DNA from: Alistipes sp.
GTDB lineage: Bacteria; Bacteroidota; Bacteroidia; Bacteroidales; Rikenellaceae
Length of the DNA: 64,000 bases
Assembly (NCBI GenBank): GCA_036651015.1
Contig: JAVVYP010000001.1
Coordinates: 22,940-86,939 of the forward strand
Reading direction: 5' to 3'
In this document: in pieces, positions 1 to 9,376 of the stretch
How the letters are laid out: each line of letters starts with the position of its first letter
How positions within the stretch are numbered: position 1 is the stretch's first letter
Translations under genes and position numbers: made by a program
Notes under the pieces: model-generated
Databases searched by the model: none
Told to the model about the DNA's origin: nothing
Seen by the model: the letters and a program-made list of their open reading frames with translations, nothing else

Positions 1-585
1 TGCCGCCGGCATCCAAGCACCAATCCGCCCACCACTTCCGATCAGTTTGACCGACTCTTGCACACCCGGGCGCAAATCGCCGAGCATCTGCCGCAAGGTG
101 TCGCCCCGTTCGAACGACGAATAGAGCTGCTCGCCATCGGCGGTGCGAATCAAATAACGCATTACCACCGTGTCGCGATCCGAGACCGGGATCTGTTCCT
201 GATCACCCACCGCCTCAACCGTGTAAGTTACGCCCGATGAGGTGCGCGCATAGGAGCGGTTGGACTTCAAAATATCCTGCAAAAACTGCTCCTCCAAAGC
301 GGTGGCTTTTTCGGGCAGCAGGCAGTTGACATAGCGCAAATAGAACGCCTTGGCCTCGGCCGTCGAGAGCTTCGGATTCTCGCGAAACACATCGCGTATT
401 CCCTCGCAGAGCGCATTGACGTTGAGCGTCGAATCCATCTGCAACAAATTCTGAGCCACATTCATACCCAAGATATAGGCCACCGAATCGGTGTCGGTTC
501 GCAGCTTTACGCTGCCCGACTTTTGCGAACAGCTGCCTGCCAAGAGCGCCATTGCCACAAACAGTAAAATCAGATTTTTTTTCAT
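1..585 (-). CDS. FKBP-type peptidyl-prolyl isomerase family lipoprotein (3' end runs off window)
   Basis: Hand translation from ATG at 585: MKKNLILLFVAMALLAGSC (lipobox), DSVAYILGMN (FKBP_N), TSSGVTY, YSSFERG. Not in the ORF track because it is truncated. Confidence 0.85.
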   Translation of the reverse strand, partial: MKKNLILLFVAMALLAGSCSQKSGSVKLRTDTDSVAYILGMNVAQNLLQMDSTLNVNALCEGIRDVFRENPKLSTAEAKAFYLRYVNCLLPEKATALEEQFLQDILKSNRSYARTSSGVTYTVEAVGDQEQIPVSDRDTVVMRYLIRTADGEQLYSSFERGDTLRQMLGDLRPGVQESVKLIGSGGRIGAWMPAA

Positions 586-590
586 CGTCC

Positions 591-1970
591 TTAGGCCTTT
601 TTCTTCGACAAGAACAAAATCAGCAGACTTCCCAAAACAGCCGCAGCCGTGGAGCCCATCAGAATTGCAATTTTACCGCGGTCGATCAGATCGGCATCGG
701 CATAAGCCAGTGCGTCAACAAACAGCGACATCGTAAATCCGATACCGCCCAAGCAGGCCACAGCGAACAACATCCGCCAGTTTGCACCCTCGGGCATTAC
801 GGCAATGCCGGTCTTCACAGCGCCCCAGCTGGCAAGGAATATGCCCAGCGGCTTACCAATCAGCAATCCAAAGAAGATACCCATCCCCACCGATCCGATT
901 TCGGGTGAGAAGTGGAAGATATTAAGGTATTCAGAGGAGGAGATTTCGACACCGGCATTGGCCAGCGCAAAGATCGGCATCACCAAAAAGGTCACATAGG
1001 GTGCCAGCCCATACTCCAGCCGGTAGCTCATTCCCGTTGAATCGCACGTCAGTCGGTTCATCCGATGCAGGTAGAAACGCTGCCGCTCGTTGGGAAATTC
1101 GTCGTCGGAAGAGGTGGCGGCAATCATCAGCTCCTTCAACTTCAACATCTTGTGGACAAAATACTCTTTGCTGTAACGCGGCTCCATGGGGATCAGCAAC
1201 GCCATTGCCACACCCGAAATTGCCGAGTGCACGCCCGAGTAGTAGAACAACGTCCACACCACCACGGCCGGCACCAAGTAGAGAACCATGTGTTTTTCGC
1301 CCATCTGTTTCATCATATAAACCCCGGCCATAATGATCAGCGCCACCACCAAGCAGGCGATCTGCACGTGTCCGCCATAGAAAAACGCGATGATCAGGAT
1401 TGCACCCAAATCGTCGGCAATGGCCAGTGCCGTCAGAAAGATTTTGAGCGATGAGGGTACACGATTGCCCAACATCGAGAGGATGCCGACGGCAAAAGCG
1501 ATGTCGGTCGCCGTGGGTATTCCCCAGCCGTTGACCGCCGTCGTACCGTGGTTGAAGCAGAGAAAAATAATGGCCGGAGCCATCATACCGCCGGCCGCAG
1601 CCAGCACGGGCAGAATCGCCCGACGCATCGACGAAAGTTGTCCACAGACAATTTCGCGCTTGATTTCGAGACCGACGGCGAAGAAGAAGATGACCATCAA
1701 GCCGTCGTTGATCAGTTTTTCGACCGTCATACCCCGCGGAAACACCCAGTCGATCACCCCACTCGGGCTGTGAATCAGCAGCGAGAGGTCGGTATCAAGC
1801 AGATGTCGGTAGTAGAGCGAGGTCGCCGGCAGGTTGGCCAGCAACATCGCCAACACCACACAGACCAGCAATACCAGACCGCCAGCCCAAGGTGCTCTCA
1901 TAAAATCACGGGCTTGAAGGCCCAATATATGGCGCCGACGTACCCAACGATAAATTTGAAAATCCTTCAT
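591..1970 (-). CDS. nhaA: Na+/H+ antiporter NhaA
   Basis: INDGLM, FFFAVGLEIKRE, GWGIPTATDIAFA, AIADDLG, GIGFTMSLF motifs. Start moved to ATG 1970, after the agmatinase stop. Confidence 0.95.
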   Translation of the reverse strand: MKDFQIYRWVRRRHILGLQARDFMRAPWAGGLVLLVCVVLAMLLANLPATSLYYRHLLDTDLSLLIHSPSGVIDWVFPRGMTVEKLINDGLMVIFFFAVGLEIKREIVCGQLSSMRRAILPVLAAAGGMMAPAIIFLCFNHGTTAVNGWGIPTATDIAFAVGILSMLGNRVPSSLKIFLTALAIADDLGAILIIAFFYGGHVQIACLVVALIIMAGVYMMKQMGEKHMVLYLVPAVVVWTLFYYSGVHSAISGVAMALLIPMEPRYSKEYFVHKMLKLKELMIAATSSDDEFPNERQRFYLHRMNRLTCDSTGMSYRLEYGLAPYVTFLVMPIFALANAGVEISSSEYLNIFHFSPEIGSVGMGIFFGLLIGKPLGIFLASWGAVKTGIAVMPEGANWRMLFAVACLGGIGFTMSLFVDALAYADADLIDRGKIAILMGSTAAAVLGSLLILFLSKKKA

Positions 1971-1975
1971 TATGA

Positions 1976-3019
1976 TTAATTTTTTGTGTTCGATTGAAGC
2001 AGTTGTCCGCACAATTTCCAGAGTACGCGGGCACCTGTGATGGCGTCGATGTGGTCGTCCGCCACGGGCGAGACCTCCACAACATCGAAACCGATGATGC
2101 GATGGTGGGTGGCCACCAGCGTATGGATGAGCCAAATCGCCTTGTTGAAGGTCAGCCCACCCGACACGGGTGTCCCCGTATGGGGGCAATTCTCGAAGGT
2201 CAGACCGTCGATGTCGAAGCTAATGTAAACCTCCGTGGGCAGCGATGCCGCGATGCGTTGACATTGTGCATCCCACGTCTGGCCGCTAAATTCAGCCGCT
2301 GCAAGCGACAGGTCATCAAAGGTGACAATGCGCTCCGACGAGGCCGCCAGTGCCGCCTCCGCTTCGCTGAAGTCGCGCACAGCCACTTGGGCGATACGCG
2401 TCACCTGAGGCACATCACGCAGGACATTGAAGAAGATCGAGGCGTGCGAAAATTCGAATCCCTCGTAGCTGTCGCGCAGGTCACAATGGGCGTCGATATG
2501 CAGTACACCAAACGACTCATAATGCCGTCCGAGTGCACGAATTAAACCATAGGGCGTCGAGTGATCTCCACCCACAAGGCCCACTTTTTTGCCCTTATCC
2601 AACCAATGGCTCGCCTGCGCCTCGATGTTGGCATTCAGCGCCACACACCCCTCGTTCACGCGGCGGATCTTGCGCACCACATAGTCATCTTCGAGCGTGC
2701 CGCCCCCCTCAAGGTGGTCGATCACCTTCACCGCATCGACACGCAGTCGCTGCGACTCCTCTTGCAATGAGTAATCTATGTCGGCTGTTGCTATGCCACG
2801 TCGCCACGCTTGCGGCGCCAGCGGATCACAGAAATCGAGTTGGGTCGAGGCTTCGATGATCGCATCGGGGGCATAGGCCGCGCCGGCTCCATAAGAGACC
2901 GTCACATCCCAAGGTGCCGAAATGAGCACCAATTCGGCACCTTCGGCCTCGAAAGGGAGTCCAAAATAGGTACCGTTGTCTATGCCGACATCGTCGGGCG
3001 TAAAAGTTTTCTCTTCCAT
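1976..3019 (-). CDS. speB: Agmatinase / arginase family ureohydrolase
   Basis: GGDHS, HIDAHCD, SFDIDG, TGTP and DVVE metal-binding motifs. Confidence 0.88.
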   Translation of the reverse strand: MEEKTFTPDDVGIDNGTYFGLPFEAEGAELVLISAPWDVTVSYGAGAAYAPDAIIEASTQLDFCDPLAPQAWRRGIATADIDYSLQEESQRLRVDAVKVIDHLEGGGTLEDDYVVRKIRRVNEGCVALNANIEAQASHWLDKGKKVGLVGGDHSTPYGLIRALGRHYESFGVLHIDAHCDLRDSYEGFEFSHASIFFNVLRDVPQVTRIAQVAVRDFSEAEAALAASSERIVTFDDLSLAAAEFSGQTWDAQCQRIAASLPTEVYISFDIDGLTFENCPHTGTPVSGGLTFNKAIWLIHTLVATHHRIIGFDVVEVSPVADDHIDAITGARVLWKLCGQLLQSNTKN

Positions 3020-3036
3020 AATAGTATATGAACTGC

Positions 3037-3073
3037 CAAAGGTACGAAATTTTTTATTTTTTATCTATCTTTG
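3037..3073. promoter_or_regulatory. Divergent Bacteroidetes -7 promoter boxes (speB on -, pdxB on +)
   Basis: CAAAGGTA at 3037-3044 (TACCTTTG on -) and TATCTTTG at 3066-3073 match TAnnTTTG. Confidence 0.75.
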
Positions 3074-3112
3074 TATCCCGGAAAGGAGAGAACCCTTCCG
3101 AAAAAACCGACT

Positions 3113-4108
3113 ATGAAGATTATTGCTGACCAAGCAATCCCTTTTTTACGCGGTGTACTCGAACCGTGGGCACAAGTGCGCTACCTCTCGGGGCGCGAAA
3201 TCACAGCCGACGACGTGCGCGATGCCGATGCGTTGATCGTCCGCACCCGCACGCGTTGCAACGCGCAACTCTTGGAGGGCAGCACGGTGCGGCTGGTGGT
3301 CACCGCCACCATCGGTGCCGACCACATCGACACGGCGTGGTGCGCCGCCCACAACATCCACACGGCAACAGCCGCCGGCTGCAATGCACGTGGGGTGTTG
3401 CAGTGGGTTGCGGCTGTGCTGGTTCACCTGTCGCAAATCCAAGGCTGGCACCCCTCCGAACGCACGCTGGGCGTCGTCGGCGTGGGGCACGTCGGATCGT
3501 TGGTGAAAGCCTATACCGAAAGTTGGGGCTTTCGGGTTCTCTGCTGCGATCCGCCACGCGAAGCGCGCGAACACCTCGGATTTCTGCCGTTGGAGGAGCT
3601 TGTGCGGCAAGCCGATCTGCTGACTTTTCATACACCGCTCGACGCCACCACACACCATCTGGTCAACGCAACACTGCTCCGCCAAACAAAGGCCAATGCG
3701 CTGATCATCAACTCCTCGCGTGGCGAGGTTGTCGATGGCGAGGCGCTGGCCGCGAGCGACCACCCCTTTGTACTCGATGTTTGGGAGCACGAGCCGCAAT
3801 TGGCGCCGCAACTGTTACACAACGCGCTGCTTGCCACGCCCCACATCGCCGGCTACTCGGAGCAGGGGAAAGCCACCGCGACCGCGATGTCGGTGGCCAC
3901 CATTGCCCGTTTTTTCGCGCTTCCGCTGTCGAATTGGTACCCATGCGAAGCGGCTCTCACTGCGCCGCGCGCGATCTCTTGGCAAGAGCTTTGCACCACC
4001 ATCACCGCCGCCTTCGACCTTGCCGCCGAGAGTCGCCGGCTCAAGGAGCACCCCACCGATTTCGAACAGATTCGCGACAACTACCGCTATCGCCGCGAAT
4101 ATTTTTAA
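3113..4108 (+). CDS. pdxB: 4-phosphoerythronate dehydrogenase
   Basis: MKIIAD..IP, VRTRT, TATIG.DHID, GVVGVGHVG, LDVWE.EP, TPHIAGYS. Confidence 0.93.
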   Translation: MKIIADQAIPFLRGVLEPWAQVRYLSGREITADDVRDADALIVRTRTRCNAQLLEGSTVRLVVTATIGADHIDTAWCAAHNIHTATAAGCNARGVLQWVAAVLVHLSQIQGWHPSERTLGVVGVGHVGSLVKAYTESWGFRVLCCDPPREAREHLGFLPLEELVRQADLLTFHTPLDATTHHLVNATLLRQTKANALIINSSRGEVVDGEALAASDHPFVLDVWEHEPQLAPQLLHNALLATPHIAGYSEQGKATATAMSVATIARFFALPLSNWYPCEAALTAPRAISWQELCTTITAAFDLAAESRRLKEHPTDFEQIRDNYRYRREYF

Positions 4109-4118
4109 AATCGGTAAT

Positions 4119-4207
4119 TTTCACTACCTTTGGCTTCGCCTTAGATAGGAGGCGGTTCGGCAATGCTCAAATAAATTTGGCATTGCTCTCACCTTTCACT
4201 ACCTTTG
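4119..4207. repeat. 89-bp element bounded by 14-bp direct repeats containing the -7 promoter box, with internal hairpins
   Basis: TTTCACTACCTTTG at 4119-4132 and 4194-4207; hairpin GCAATGC...GCATTGC at 4160-4186. Confidence 0.85.
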
Positions 4208-4230
4208 TAAATCTTTTCACTTGAAAACAG

Positions 4231-5298
4231 ATGTACCGAAGAGTCATACAGCCCATTCTATTCTCGCTTAGCATCGAGCAGGCGCACCGCGCCGTGCTGC
4301 TGCTGCTGCGCATCATCGGGCTAATTCCCGGAGGTCGCTGGCTGCTGCGCAAATGCTACGCGGTGGAGCATCCGGCACTCGAGCGCGAGGTATTCGGGTT
4401 GAAATTCGCCAACCCCGTCGGGCTGGCCGCCGGCTTCGACCGCAACGGCGAGGCCTTCCGCGAACTGGCCGCGTTCGGATTCGGATTCATTGAGGTGGGC
4501 ACCGTAACCCCTGTGGCACAATCGGGCAATCCGCGTCCGCGCGTCTTCCGCCTGCCCAAAGACCACGCCATCGTCAACCGCATTGGCCTTGCCAACCGGG
4601 GTTTGGAGAAGACAATCCAACACCTGCGCCGTCCTCACGCCGGCGTTGTCGTGGGTTGCAACATCGGCAAAAACACCGCCACACCACCCGATCAGGGGGC
4701 TGCCGACTACCTCAAATTGTTCCGCAACCTCTACCAATACGCCGATTATTTCACCGTCAATATCAGTTGCGACAACGCCTGCCACGAGGGCGCCTCGCAC
4801 ACCCAAGCCCATATTTTACAGATCCTTGAGCCGCTGTTCGACTTTCGACGCGGACAGAACCAATATCGGCCGATTATGCTCAAAATTTCGCCCGATATGT
4901 CGGACGAAGTGATTGATCAGATCACCGACACGCTGCTCTCGACACCCCTCGACGGCATCGTTGCCACCAACGGCAGCCACAATCGCAAAGGGCTGAAAAC
5001 CAGCCTTACAACCCTCGACAAAATCGGTAGCGGCTGCGTCAGTGGCGCACCGCTCACCCAGCGCACCATCGAAATCGTGCGACGCATCCACACGCGTTCG
5101 GGTGGCACCTATCCAATCATCGGTGTCGGTGGGCTGATGAGTGCCGACGACGTGCGCGCAATGCTTGCCGCCGGAGCCGACTTGGTGCAGCTCTACACCG
5201 GCTACATCTACCACGGACCGCGCTTGGTGCGCGACATCTGCCGGGCTTTGATCGCCGATGCCGAACGCCCCACAGCGATCGACACACCGGCCAAATAA
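4231..5298 (+). CDS. pyrD: Quinone-dependent (class 2-like) dihydroorotate dehydrogenase
   Basis: N-terminal membrane-binding helices, NPVGLAAGFD, EVGTVTP..Q.GNP.PR.FRL, NIGKN, KISPD, IIGVGG. Confidence 0.92.
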   Translation: MYRRVIQPILFSLSIEQAHRAVLLLLRIIGLIPGGRWLLRKCYAVEHPALEREVFGLKFANPVGLAAGFDRNGEAFRELAAFGFGFIEVGTVTPVAQSGNPRPRVFRLPKDHAIVNRIGLANRGLEKTIQHLRRPHAGVVVGCNIGKNTATPPDQGAADYLKLFRNLYQYADYFTVNISCDNACHEGASHTQAHILQILEPLFDFRRGQNQYRPIMLKISPDMSDEVIDQITDTLLSTPLDGIVATNGSHNRKGLKTSLTTLDKIGSGCVSGAPLTQRTIEIVRRIHTRSGGTYPIIGVGGLMSADDVRAMLAAGADLVQLYTGYIYHGPRLVRDICRALIADAERPTAIDTPAK

Positions 5299-5322
5299 GA
5301 CGCATTCCAAATTTTTCACAAA

Positions 5323-6564
5323 ATGAAAGCAACCATTCTTACGATCGGAGATGAAATTCTGATCGGTCAAATTGTGGACACCAACTCCGTCTCCATCGCC
5401 CGACACCTCAACGCGGCAGGCATCGTTGTCCACGAAAAAACTTCGATCGGCGACGATCGCACACAGATCATCGAAGCCGTCGAACGCTCATTGAGCAGCT
5501 CCAACGTGGTCATCATCACCGGCGGACTGGGTCCCACCAAAGACGACATCACCAAAAAAACCCTCGCCGCGCTCTTCGACAGCGAGTTGATCACCAACCA
5601 AGCCGTGGCCGACCACGTGGAGCGAATGCTCACCGCGCGCGGCATCGAATTCAACGAGCTGAATCGCGCCCAGTCGCTGGTTCCGGCCTGCTGCACCGTG
5701 CTTTTCAACACCCACGGCACCGCCCCCGGGATGTGGTTCGAACGCGATGGACGGGTCGTTGTATCGCTGCCGGGCGTCCCCTTCGAAATGGAGCACCTGA
5801 TGCAGGATGAGGTGATGCCTCGACTCAAGGCGCATTTTGCACTTCGCCAGATCGTTCACCGCACCCTGATCACCGCCGGGCTGGCCGAGTCGATGCTCGC
5901 CAAGGCCATCGAAGCGTGGGAAAATGCACTGCCGGCATACCTGAAATTAGCCTATTTGCCCAATCCGGGCAGTGTGCGTTTGCGGCTGTCGGCCTACGAA
6001 GTCGAGGGCGATGGCGCCGCGCAGGAGATTGAACAACAGTTCAATGCCTTGCGCACGATCATCCCCGACTACATCATCGGCTACGAAACGGCCACCGTGC
6101 AAGAGTTGGTTCACAAAACCCTCACCGAGCGACAGTTGACGCTCGCCACGGCCGAAAGCTGCACCGGTGGCACCATCGCCACACGCTTCACGGCAATGCC
6201 CGGAGCTTCGGCCTACTTTCTCGGCGGCGTGGTGGCTTACAGCAATGCGGTCAAAAGCGACTTGTTGGGGGTCAATAGTGCCGATATTGCGCGCTACGGC
6301 GCTGTCAGCAAAGAGGTTGCGCGTCAAATGGCCGAGGGTGCGCGCCGCGTCACGGGAGCCGACTACGCCCTTGCCACCACCGGCATCGCAGGCCCTACGG
6401 GCGGCACCGACGCCAAACCCGTCGGCACGGTTTGGATCGCCGTGGCCACGCCCCGGCGCACGGTGACCCTATGCCGTCCGTGCGGCACCGACCGCGGCCA
6501 GATCATCGACCGAGCCACCGCATTCGCCATCAGTCTATTACGCGACGAACTCAACGGGAAGTAA
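5323..6564 (+). CDS. cinA: CinA family protein (MoCF-like N-domain + NMN deamidase)
   Basis: IGDEILIGQIVDTN, TGGLGPTKDDIT, AESCTGG, TTGIAGP. Confidence 0.95.
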   Translation: MKATILTIGDEILIGQIVDTNSVSIARHLNAAGIVVHEKTSIGDDRTQIIEAVERSLSSSNVVIITGGLGPTKDDITKKTLAALFDSELITNQAVADHVERMLTARGIEFNELNRAQSLVPACCTVLFNTHGTAPGMWFERDGRVVVSLPGVPFEMEHLMQDEVMPRLKAHFALRQIVHRTLITAGLAESMLAKAIEAWENALPAYLKLAYLPNPGSVRLRLSAYEVEGDGAAQEIEQQFNALRTIIPDYIIGYETATVQELVHKTLTERQLTLATAESCTGGTIATRFTAMPGASAYFLGGVVAYSNAVKSDLLGVNSADIARYGAVSKEVARQMAEGARRVTGADYALATTGIAGPTGGTDAKPVGTVWIAVATPRRTVTLCRPCGTDRGQIIDRATAFAISLLRDELNGK

Positions 6565-6687
6565 TTCACCGCCGCACGGAGCAGAAAAGTGTATCATTCA
6601 TAAATTTAAACGGTTTCTTTGCGATTCCCAAAAATATTGTTGTATATTTGCACTCCCTTATGGGGTTAAACTAAATTTGATCACAAA

Positions 6688-6921
6688 ATGAAAGTTTGCG
6701 AAATCACAGGCAAGATGGCGATGGTGGGCAACAATGTCTCACACTCTCATCACAAGACCAAGCGCAAATTCAATCCGAATTTGAAGAACAAGCGCTTCTG
6801 GTCTGAGCTGGAAAATCGTTGGATCACCTTGAAGGTATCCACCGCCGGCATGAAAACAATTAACAAAAAGGGTCTCACAGTCGCCTTGCGCGAGGCTGCC
6901 GCAGCCAAGACCGTTTACTAA
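6688..6921 (+). CDS. rpmB: 50S ribosomal protein L28
   Basis: [23 protein letters not shown]. Confidence 0.97.
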   Translation: MKVCEITGKMAMVGNNVSHSHHKTKRKFNPNLKNKRFWSELENRWITLKVSTAGMKTINKKGLTVALREAAAAKTVY

Positions 6922-6935
6922 AATCGACGCATCAA

Positions 6936-7118
6936 ATGGCAAAAAAAGGCAACAGAGTTCAGGTCATCCTCGAGTGCACCGAACAAAAAGAGAGTGGCGT
7001 TGCGGGAATGTCCCGTTACATTACCACCAAAAACAAAAAGAACACCCCCGATCGTCTGGAGCGTAAGAAGTACAATCCATTTCTGAAGAAGGTTACTGTT
7101 CACCGTGAAATTAAATAG
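6936..7118 (+). CDS. rpmG: 50S ribosomal protein L33
   Basis: [30 protein letters not shown]. Confidence 0.97.
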   Translation: MAKKGNRVQVILECTEQKESGVAGMSRYITTKNKKNTPDRLERKKYNPFLKKVTVHREIK

Positions 7119-7130
7119 TATTGAAGCTCT

Positions 7131-7289
7131 ATGGCAAAGAAAGTAGTTGCAACACTGAAAACCGGCACGGGTAAGAGTTACACGAAGTGCATCAAGATGG
7201 TCAAGTCGGAGAAGACCGGAGCCTATGTATTCCAAGAGGGCATCGTCGCCAATGACCAAGTAAAAGATTTCTTCGAGGCGAAGAAATAG
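7131..7289 (+). CDS. DUF4295 family small protein (52 aa)
   Basis: MAKKVVATLKTGTGKSYTKCIKMVKSEKTGAYVFQE; usual Bacteroidetes position after rpmG; below the ORF-track length cutoff. Confidence 0.9.
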   Translation: MAKKVVATLKTGTGKSYTKCIKMVKSEKTGAYVFQEGIVANDQVKDFFEAKK

Positions 7290-7311
7290 TATTTTAAGAG
7301 TAATCTTAAAT

Positions 7312-7348
7312 ACAAAGGGCATCCATTCGGGTGCCCTTTGTGTTGTTT
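7312..7348. terminator. Intrinsic terminator between convergent genes
   Basis: ACAAAGGGCATCC-ATTC-GGGTGCCCTTTGT hairpin. Confidence 0.8.
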
Positions 7349-7351
7349 GTC

Positions 7352-9358
7352 TCAGACCGATCGAGCAACTTGCTCTCGTATCAAAGCGCGCATATTGCGG
7401 ATAAAATCATCGACGTTGTGCACGCGCTTGACGTACTGACAACCGGCCACCGAGCGCTCTTTTCTGCGCGCCTCATCGTTCATCAACCCCCGAATTGCAT
7501 CCACAAACAGATCGACTTTCTCGAAGCCGTCACCCAGCACCGGCCCCACATAGCTACCGAACCGCGCCGTCAAATCGTCGGGGTTCTGACAGCTGACCAG
7601 CAGCGTTCCATAGGCCAAAGCCTCCAAAAAAGTGACAGGCAGCGCCTCGTGGATAGAGGTATTTACCAAAATTTTGGCATCCTTGATGTATTGGAATTTC
7701 GCGGCTCCTTCGAGGTGTCCGGTGAAATGCAGGTTGTCGATGCCGCTCCTGTACTGCGCCATCACGCTGTCGTTCTGATCTTTCTCGCGCGTCGCCTGCC
7801 CCAACATATAGAATTCATATTCGGGCATTCGTTTGGCAATTTCGCAGAACAACCATCCGCGTTTGACCGATTCGATGCGCCCGATAAAAATGATGGCATT
7901 CTTTTTACAATATGTATCGACCTCAAAGTCCGGATCCGTGTCGATCGGATTCGGCAGATAGGGAATCGGAGTTTGAGCCGGCAGACGATAGAGTATGCGA
8001 GCCTTGTCGGCCAAATAATGTCCTTGTGTAACGAAAGTTACGCGTCCTTGCTCATAGAGTCGGTGCACCATTTCGTAAATCTGCGTATTCCAATAGCAAC
8101 GCTCGGGGAACATTTTGACGGTTTGAATCTCCTGCCAATCCGGCCACGGCCGCGGATCCTGCACCCACAACAAGAGGGGGGGGGTCGCACGCGGCTCATA
8201 CTGGAGCAAATCGCTGGTCATTTCGATGGAGAGGTACAAATCGTAGCTCTTCTTTTGCAGCCAGCGCGCCACAAAACGCCACCCGGGCAGGGTGTACACC
8301 GCCACTCCGTCGACGGTTGTTTTGATCTCCTTGTGAGATTTGTCCCGTCTACCGAGCAGCACCTCTATTTGGATGTTGTCGCAAGGGATATATTTGGCGA
8401 TATAATGGCGCGCCAAAAATCCGTATCCGCCGTAAGCCGTGCCGGCACCACCAAAAAATTCGTCGATGATCAACGCCACGCGAAGCGGTTTTGCCCCCGT
8501 CGGTTTGCTACACAAACAGTGGGGCGTTATGTGGCGGAGAGTTCGTCGCAGGCTGTGCACATATTTGGCCAAACGATAGGGCGTCTTGGCCAAATACGAA
8601 AAGTAAACTCCTCGCAGCGGATTCCGACACGAGCGCAACGACCACGGTTTCACATCCCCCGTATAGTGGATCACGATCGCCTCAGCACGCTGTTGCGGAT
8701 GTTTTTCCGCATTGGCCGATGTGAAATTATAGCACTCAGCCAGCTCCTTGATGCGCCCCCGACAAACGATATTGATGACATCCTGATCTTGGAATCGAAT
8801 CTGATCCTTCAGCGCGTGTGTTACCGCGCTCAGCTGGTCGTAAAGCTTCTCGCGCCGCATAGCCTCCAAATTGAGGAGCAGCACTCCGGCGTTAATGTAC
8901 AACTCATTCTGACCGAAACCGATCTCGGGCTTGTAATGGATGTTGTGGATCCACAAATCCGAGACGCCGGCACAAAGATAATCCGTGAGATCTGTATCCC
9001 ACAACTTCTCAACAGAGCCGTTGACCACAAGATCCGCATCGAGGTACAACGCCTTGTCAAGCTGTGGGAACAACTCCGCAATGGCGTAGCGGTAATAGGT
9101 TTCACGGGAGATGTGGTCGATGGTCAACGAAAACGACGCAAAAACCGATGTGTCGACCCGATAATAGTGCAGATTGCTGTGTTTGTAGCGCGATATGAGT
9201 CGATCTAACTTACGGCGATTGCGCTCAGAAAACGAGTCGATCAGCAAATAGATGTCAAAAGAGAGGTTGCGATTGTTCTCTAAAATAGAGGTAATTGCCA
9301 CGCAGCAATGTTGCGCGTAATTATCATTAATCGCAAAAAATAGATTTATTAGCTTCAT
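7352..9358 (-). CDS. Fused GT8 (N-terminal) + GT4-like GT-B (C-terminal) glycosyltransferase
   Basis: GT8 motifs YLDAD, YINAGVLLLNL, DQDVIN, IHYTG.KPW; C-terminal FIGRIESVKR and NTSIHEALPVTFLEA (EX7E). Confidence 0.88.
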   Translation of the reverse strand: MKLINLFFAINDNYAQHCCVAITSILENNRNLSFDIYLLIDSFSERNRRKLDRLISRYKHSNLHYYRVDTSVFASFSLTIDHISRETYYRYAIAELFPQLDKALYLDADLVVNGSVEKLWDTDLTDYLCAGVSDLWIHNIHYKPEIGFGQNELYINAGVLLLNLEAMRREKLYDQLSAVTHALKDQIRFQDQDVINIVCRGRIKELAECYNFTSANAEKHPQQRAEAIVIHYTGDVKPWSLRSCRNPLRGVYFSYLAKTPYRLAKYVHSLRRTLRHITPHCLCSKPTGAKPLRVALIIDEFFGGAGTAYGGYGFLARHYIAKYIPCDNIQIEVLLGRRDKSHKEIKTTVDGVAVYTLPGWRFVARWLQKKSYDLYLSIEMTSDLLQYEPRATPPLLLWVQDPRPWPDWQEIQTVKMFPERCYWNTQIYEMVHRLYEQGRVTFVTQGHYLADKARILYRLPAQTPIPYLPNPIDTDPDFEVDTYCKKNAIIFIGRIESVKRGWLFCEIAKRMPEYEFYMLGQATREKDQNDSVMAQYRSGIDNLHFTGHLEGAAKFQYIKDAKILVNTSIHEALPVTFLEALAYGTLLVSCQNPDDLTARFGSYVGPVLGDGFEKVDLFVDAIRGLMNDEARRKERSVAGCQYVKRVHNVDDFIRNMRALIREQVARSV
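8176..8184. repeat. G9/C9 homopolymer inside the glycosyltransferase CDS
   Basis: caaga GGGGGGGGG tcgc; the longest G/C run I noticed in the window. Confidence 0.9.
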
Positions 9359-9376
9359 AGTCAGCGTCGTCCGCGA

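Noticed and set aside
1971-2189. N-terminal extension of NhaA (and similar extensions of the 17142, 50309, 58549 and 63208 ORFs)
   Set aside because: Extensions overlap neighbouring genes or promoters; downstream ATGs with AT-rich leaders fit better.
7331-9208. 625-aa plus-strand ORF antisense to the glycosyltransferase, and similar long antisense ORFs (e.g. 17121-18380, 41182-42315, 11298-12410)
   Set aside because: Shadow ORFs typical of high-GC codon bias; no recognisable motifs, and the opposite strand has clear family signatures.
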